In this document: piece after piece, positions 59,366 to 64,000 of the stretch | Layout of the letters: each line of letters begins with the position of its first letter | How positions within the stretch are numbered: position 1 is the stretch's first letter | Source of the DNA: a virus | Taxonomy: Duplodnaviria; Caudoviricetes | Virus record (IMG/VR): IMGVR_UViG_3300008267_006855 | Location: 1,192 to 65,191 of that record | Direction: 5' to 3' (one strand) | Length of the DNA: 64,000 bases | Program-made: the position numbers and the translations under genes | The notes under the pieces: model-generated | What the model saw: only the letters and a program-made list of their open reading frames with translations | Told to the model about the DNA's origin: nothing | The model's database searches: none

Positions 59366-60346
59366 TTAATATCCTTGATTAATCATGTTTTTATCTATGA
59401 GTTCTATTTCTTTAAAATTCATAGTCAATGTTGTTTGAACCGGAGCTCCATCACTATGAGCAGACCATCCATTAGGTGCATAATTAACATCAATAGATGT
59501 TATAACACTTTCTGCAACTTTTGTAATGTGTTTATTTCTTACACCATTAAATAAAAAATCTACTTCAAAAGTATTAGGTATGTCATATAACATTCCAGCC
59601 ACTCCACTACGAATCGTTGGTGCAGCTGCACTTCTAAATTCTTTTACTATATTTCTGACTTCTATAGCTTCTTCTCTTGAAGTTGGTGTAAATGTAAATG
59701 CTAATTGATAGTCTCTAAATGTTATGCCATCAAATAAAACTTGTTCTCTTGGATTTATAGCCAAACCACCAGTATTCAATAATAATTTTGTTACTGGTGA
59801 GTTTGCAATAGATCCTACAGTTTGAGATAGTTTTCCTAAACCAGGTATGGCACTAGATGCTGCCAGAGCTACATCTTTTAAACTGGTTGCTCCATAACTT
59901 GGAGTATAAGGAAATGCAACAGTATCTGGCATATATAACGCTATAGTTTTAATTGGTGTTTTTTTTCTTTGTACAAAACTTGCATCTTTTAAAGCCGCTC
60001 GGCCACTTTCTGCAATTCCAGTAGCAACTTGGCCAGCTGCACTCCAAAGTTTTCCAATTCGATCCGTCGCAGATTGATCTTCGCCACCTACAGCGCTCGA
60101 AGCAGTTTCAAAGGCACCTGATACAGATTTGGCAGTATTTGTAGCGAGTTGAGAAGGTTCGATTTTATTAATCGTAAAATGAATATAATGACCTTTTGTT
60201 GCAGAACTTAAATCTTTTGGATATTTGTAACCAGCAAGATCATATCGAGAAGTTCCGAATAAAACACCTAAAGGTCCACCAGGTACATTAGTTATTCCAG
60301 GTATGGCAACTCCACCAAGAGAATCGGGGATAGAAATGATGGCCAT
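59366..60346 (-). CDS. gp48: Baseplate tail-tube cap gp48
   Basis: YKYP.DL, IALYMP, AINP..QVLF.G..FR.YQ..F.FTP.S.EEA, VNYAPNG, L.MNFKE.E. Confidence 0.85.
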   Translation of the reverse strand: MAIISIPDSLGGVAIPGITNVPGGPLGVLFGTSRYDLAGYKYPKDLSSATKGHYIHFTINKIEPSQLATNTAKSVSGAFETASSAVGGEDQSATDRIGKLWSAAGQVATGIAESGRAALKDASFVQRKKTPIKTIALYMPDTVAFPYTPSYGATSLKDVALAASSAIPGLGKLSQTVGSIANSPVTKLLLNTGGLAINPREQVLFDGITFRDYQLAFTFTPTSREEAIEVRNIVKEFRSAAAPTIRSGVAGMLYDIPNTFEVDFLFNGVRNKHITKVAESVITSIDVNYAPNGWSAHSDGAPVQTTLTMNFKEIELIDKNMINQGY

Positions 60347-60369
60347 GAGATTGTCTTTCTAAGGTTGAA

Positions 60370-60383
60370 TATACATATTTATA
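60370..60383. promoter_or_regulatory. Overlapping divergent late promoters
   Basis: TATACATATTTATA contains a perfect TATAAATA on minus (60376-83) and TATACATA on plus (60370-77), at the strand switch between gp48 and gp4. Confidence 0.65.
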
Positions 60384-60817
60384 TGGCATACCAAGGATTA
60401 TTCAAACCAAGAAACCCACAAAAGTATGTGGGTGATACTAAAAACATAGTTTATCGCTCTTCATGGGAATGTAGGGTGATGGATTGGCTCGACCGCAATG
60501 ATGATGTGATATCGTGGGCATCTGAAGAACTTTTTATACCTTATATGTCACCAGTTGATGGTCGTAGACATAGATACTTTCCAGATTTTTTAATCAAAAT
60601 TAGATCAAACAATGGTATCAGAACAGAACTATTAGAGATCAAACCTAAAAAACAAACACACCCACCAGAACAAAGAAAAAGAGTAACAAAGCAATATATT
60701 CAAGAAGTTGCAACTTGGGGTGTCAATCAAGCCAAATGGAAAGCAGCAGAAGAATACTGTAAGGACCGTGGCTGGACCTTCAGAATCATCACAGAAGATC
60801 ATTTGGGTCTCAACTAA
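60383..60817 (+). CDS. gp4: Head completion nuclease gp4
   Basis: MAYQGLFKPRNPQKY.GD..NIVYRSSWE, WASEE..IPY.SP.D...HRYFPDF, EIKP, N.AKW.AA; ATG at 60383. Confidence 0.92.
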   Translation: MAYQGLFKPRNPQKYVGDTKNIVYRSSWECRVMDWLDRNDDVISWASEELFIPYMSPVDGRRHRYFPDFLIKIRSNNGIRTELLEIKPKKQTHPPEQRKRVTKQYIQEVATWGVNQAKWKAAEEYCKDRGWTFRIITEDHLGLN

Positions 60818-60820
60818 ATA
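60813..60820 (+). promoter_or_regulatory. T4-type late promoter (ACTAAATA)
   Basis: 5 nt before the gp2 ATG. Confidence 0.65.
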
Positions 60821-60825
60821 GTGAG

Positions 60826-61422
60826 ATGGCATCAGCACTTAAAACACTATCATCTGGATTAAAAGAGGCACAGGTTCAACCTATGTCTAGTGATTCTATG
60901 AGATGGTTAATGACTAAGATTGCTGAACTTAGAAACCCACTTAAAGTCGCAAGTGATATAAACAAAGATACTGGTCGTAAAGTCACAAGATTTGGTCCAG
61001 GAAAATTGTATTGTTTCTATTACGATCCAAAAGGTAAGAGTGAAATGCCATATTATGACAGATTTCCTTTGGTATTGGTATTACAAAAAGATGTGGATGG
61101 TTTCCTAGGTTTAAATCTACATTATCTACCAATAAATTACAGAATTGCCTTTTTAGGTAAGCTTTTAAAATTTGCGATCCTAGACGATGAGAACAATGTT
61201 GAACGTCTGAGAGTGTCTTATGACATTCTGAGTGCCTCCAGACGCCTAAAAGAGTTTAAACCGTGTTTAAAAAAGTATTTGACTGGTCATATCCAGTCAA
61301 GATTACTTGCCATCCAACCTGATGAGTGGGAAGTGGCAGCTATGTTGCCTATGCAGCAGTTTAGGAAAGCTACCGTTCAAGAAGTTTGGCAAGATTCCAC
61401 AAGAAAAATAAGGAAAGATTAA
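60826..61422 (+). CDS. gp2: DNA end protector protein gp2
   Basis: YYDPK.K..MPYYDRFPLV, GFLGLNLHYLP, PCLKKYL..H. Confidence 0.92.
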   Translation: MASALKTLSSGLKEAQVQPMSSDSMRWLMTKIAELRNPLKVASDINKDTGRKVTRFGPGKLYCFYYDPKGKSEMPYYDRFPLVLVLQKDVDGFLGLNLHYLPINYRIAFLGKLLKFAILDDENNVERLRVSYDILSASRRLKEFKPCLKKYLTGHIQSRLLAIQPDEWEVAAMLPMQQFRKATVQEVWQDSTRKIRKD

Positions 61423-62376
61423 ATGGCCTGGATAGATGATCTATTTTCAGTACCAGAAAGAATAACGAATCAAATCAATCAAGCTGTAACAGGTGCGATA
61501 GGTATTCCAAATTCCACAAAAGGAAGAATTTCTGATTTCAAATCTAGTTTTGTTAAAGACCTTGCAAGACCAAGCCGATTTGATATTCTTCTTCCAATAC
61601 CTTTTGCCATGACACCATATATTTCTTCTTCTAGAAGTTTACAATATCGATGCGAAGCAACACAATTGCCAGGAAGAACTTTTGCAACTACAGAACAAAA
61701 GACTTATGGTCCAATAGAAAAACATCCATATCTAACAACATTTAATGATATAGATTTAACTATCATTGTTGACGATGATATGAATCAAAAAATATTTTTT
61801 GATGCGTGGTTAAATTATATTAACCCACAATACAATAACAATTTTAGATATCGTGATGATTATTCTTCTACATTAACAGTTAATCAGTATGATGTAACAA
61901 ATCAATTATCATATTCGATCAATTTGTACAATGCATATCCAATTGCAATCAATCAAATGGATTTAAATTGGAATGACGATGGTTATCATAGACTATTGGT
62001 AACATTCTCATACACATATTGGAAAAATAATTCATTACAAGCAATTGGTATGGAACTGATAGATCAAGGCCTTGCAGACTTTTCCAGCATTTCAGACGGC
62101 CTTGGTCCAATAGCCGCTATTGGTGGTGCAGACAGAGGTTCTATGCCTATAGTAGATTCTCCAACAACTGAAGGTTGGATTGATCCAACGTTATATGAAG
62201 GTGGTTTGGATAATTCTGACTTAATGGGTGATATAGACAATTGGGATCTAATGAATCCAATCGGTGGCGATACACCAAATGAAGTTTCGTTTGAAAACCA
62301 AAACACAGAAGATAATAACTTTGGTCTGGATAATTCGGAATTGATAGGTGATATAGATAATTTTGATCTACAGTAA
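61423..62376 (+). CDS. gp54: Tail-tube initiator / tube-fold protein (gp54-like) with acidic extension
   Basis: LARPSRF, CEATQLPGR, FFDAW...I, LYNAYP..I..MDL.W; follows gp2. Confidence 0.7.
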   Translation: MAWIDDLFSVPERITNQINQAVTGAIGIPNSTKGRISDFKSSFVKDLARPSRFDILLPIPFAMTPYISSSRSLQYRCEATQLPGRTFATTEQKTYGPIEKHPYLTTFNDIDLTIIVDDDMNQKIFFDAWLNYINPQYNNNFRYRDDYSSTLTVNQYDVTNQLSYSINLYNAYPIAINQMDLNWNDDGYHRLLVTFSYTYWKNNSLQAIGMELIDQGLADFSSISDGLGPIAAIGGADRGSMPIVDSPTTEGWIDPTLYEGGLDNSDLMGDIDNWDLMNPIGGDTPNEVSFENQNTEDNNFGLDNSELIGDIDNFDLQ

Positions 62377-62414
62377 CCAGATGGTGATTAATTTTTTAAT
62401 GGAGTGAAAATAAA

Positions 62415-63140
62415 ATGGCTTTACCTAAAATTGATGTACCAACTTATGAAGTTGAATTGCCGGTTTCTAAAAAGAAAATTAAATTTAGACCGTTTCTAGT
62501 CAAAGAACAAAAAAATTTACTGATGGCTATGGAATCATCGGATTCTATCACAGTACAGCAAGCAATTTCTGATATACTCAATAATTGTACACTAACAGAC
62601 AATATCAATATTGACAAACTTCCAATTGTTGATATTGAATATTATTTTTTACAATTGAGATCAAAATCTGTTGGTGAGGTTGTTGAATCAAAATATCGAT
62701 GCAACAATGTTGTTGACGATAAAGAATGTGGTAATATAATGGAACACAATCTTGATTTGACACAAATCAAAGTACAACAAGATGAATCTGTTTCTCCAGA
62801 AATTCAATTAACAGATAAATTAATGATAAAAATGAAATACCCACAGTTTGGCATAGTAAAGGACTCTTTAATGTTGGAAGATATTAATGAAGTTACCTTT
62901 AATATGATTTCACAGAGTATAGAATATGTTTATGATGGTGAACAGTTTTACTATGACCACGAAGCACAACCAGGTGAAATGTTGGAGTTTGTAGAAGGTA
63001 TGAATCAAGAACAATTTACAAAGGTTGAAAAGTTCTTTAATAATCTTCCAAAATTAAAAAAAGATATAGATTTAACTTGTAGTAAATGTGGTTTTAAACA
63101 TAAAATTGCAGTAGAAGGCTTAGAAAATTTTTTCGGTTAA
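62415..63140 (+). CDS. gp26: Baseplate hub / tail assembly protein gp26
   Basis: MALPKIDVPTYE..LP....IKFRPFLVKE.K.LLMA, LRSKSVGE, C..CG zinc knuckle, GLENFF. Confidence 0.9.
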   Translation: MALPKIDVPTYEVELPVSKKKIKFRPFLVKEQKNLLMAMESSDSITVQQAISDILNNCTLTDNINIDKLPIVDIEYYFLQLRSKSVGEVVESKYRCNNVVDDKECGNIMEHNLDLTQIKVQQDESVSPEIQLTDKLMIKMKYPQFGIVKDSLMLEDINEVTFNMISQSIEYVYDGEQFYYDHEAQPGEMLEFVEGMNQEQFTKVEKFFNNLPKLKKDIDLTCSKCGFKHKIAVEGLENFFG

Positions 63141-63190
63141 CTTTTCGTCATGACAATCTGAGAAATTATTACAAAACGAACTTTTCGTTA

Positions 63191-63322
63191 ATGCAGCACC
63201 ACAAATATAGTTTGACCGAACTTGAAAATATGTTACCATGGGAAAGAGATATTTACATAGCTCTGTTGATTTCGTTTATTGAAGAAGAAAATCAAAAAAT
63301 ACGAGAGAGACAGAGAAAATAG
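63191..63322 (+). CDS. gp51: gp51-like hub assembly factor, probably expressed as a -1 frameshift extension of gp26
   Basis: MQHHKYSLTELENMLPWERDIYIALL...EEEN. The frame is open upstream through the T TTT TTC heptamer at 63128-63134. Confidence 0.8.
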   Translation: MQHHKYSLTELENMLPWERDIYIALLISFIEEENQKIRERQRK

Positions 63323-63325
63323 TAA

Positions 63326-64000
63326 ATGCCTAAAGAAATTGGTGAACAAATCAAAAAGACCGTTGGCGTCTTATTAGGAGGTAGTGGCGTAAATGCCAGT
63401 ACCACTAAAGTCAATTCCATTTCACCAAAAATAACTACTGCTAAAAAAGTTGATGCGATAGATCCTTCTTTGGCTGGACTATCTGCTGTTCAATTACTTG
63501 GTTCAATATATGAAGAATTAAAAAAACAAGAAACAGCAAGACGATTCGAATCGGAGTTGGATAGTCGTTTTCAAGAAGAAATAAATCTTGAAGAAGATTT
63601 AAGACATAGAGAATTAATAAAAGCTTTAACAGGTAGAAGACCAGAGAAAAAGGTACAAGATTCAAAATCAAGAGCCAGAAAAGAAGAAGTTACAGAAGTA
63701 CCTAAACCAAAAGTAAAACCAAAGCCAAAAGTCACTAAAAAAGCTCCTGCAAAAGGACGTGCAGCACCAGCACCAAAAGCACCTGAAGTAAAACCGCCGG
63801 CAGCACCAGCACCAAAAGCACCTGAAGCAAAACCGCCGGCAGCACCAGCACCAAAAGCACCAGAGGTCAAACCACCGCCTGCTCCAACACCTAGAGCACC
63901 TGAGGTTAAACCTCCTGCAGCACCAGCACCAAAGCCTACAGCAAGGCCTGCACCTAAAAAAGAAGTACCTAAACCAACAGCAGAAAAGGTGCTGAAACCA
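63326..64000 (+). CDS. Tape-measure/hub-like protein with Pro-Ala-Lys linker, 5' part (runs off the window end)
   Basis: ATG at 63326, open to the window end; follows gp26/gp51; helical N-terminus then APAPKAPEVKPP repeats. Confidence 0.6.
   Translation, partial: MPKEIGEQIKKTVGVLLGGSGVNASTTKVNSISPKITTAKKVDAIDPSLAGLSAVQLLGSIYEELKKQETARRFESELDSRFQEEINLEEDLRHRELIKALTGRRPEKKVQDSKSRARKEEVTEVPKPKVKPKPKVTKKAPAKGRAAPAPKAPEVKPPAAPAPKAPEAKPPAAPAPKAPEVKPPPAPTPRAPEVKPPAAPAPKPTARPAPKKEVPKPTAEKVLKP
63761..63935 (+). repeat. 39-bp coding tandem repeat, about 4.5 copies
   Basis: Unit gcagcaccagcaccaaaagcacctgaagtaaaaccgccg (AAPAPKAPEVKPP); later copies are more diverged. Confidence 0.9.

Noticed and set aside
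60383-60817. TnsA-like transposase or homing endonuclease
   Set aside because: Motifs and position next to gp2 and gp48 match T4 gp4 head-completion protein; no mobile-element ends.
63761-63935. CRISPR-like array
   Set aside because: The units are contiguous in-frame 39-mers with no unique spacers.
1-64000. Stop-codon reassignment as the cause of broken ORFs
   Set aside because: Core genes are full length under the standard code and TAA, TAG and TGA all serve as stops; the breaks are frame changes, not in-frame stops.

Overview
This AT-rich window is the virion-morphogenesis region of a large T4-like (myovirus-type) phage. Positions ~40-64 kb hold a recognisable T4-type baseplate/tail core: a VrlC/DUF4815-like giant protein, gp8, gp7, gp6, gp25, a split gp5, a gp27-like hub, gp53 and gp48 on the minus strand, then gp4, gp2, gp54-like, gp26, gp51 and the start of a tape-measure-like gene on the plus strand. 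Positions 1-40 kb are a minus-strand array of about 30 accessory fibre/adhesin genes (three 5x LamG lectin proteins, Gly-rich proteins, coiled-coil stalks, small adaptors), interrupted by a U32-family Fe-S enzyme and a GC-rich structured intergenic element. Main observations: (1) recurring matched N- and C-terminal motifs that look like a plug-and-socket code for building a branched fibre; (2) pervasive Ala-Asn dipeptides restricted to outer virion proteins, possibly a modification sequon; (3) six apparent deletion/frameshift scars confined to the accessory array; (4) LamG paralogs with conserved DNA linkers around divergent lectin domains; (5) a canonical -1 slippery site joining gp26 to gp51; (6) gp5 split around an amphipathic helical gene with no lysozyme domain. 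All product calls come from motif recognition by eye; no database search was run.
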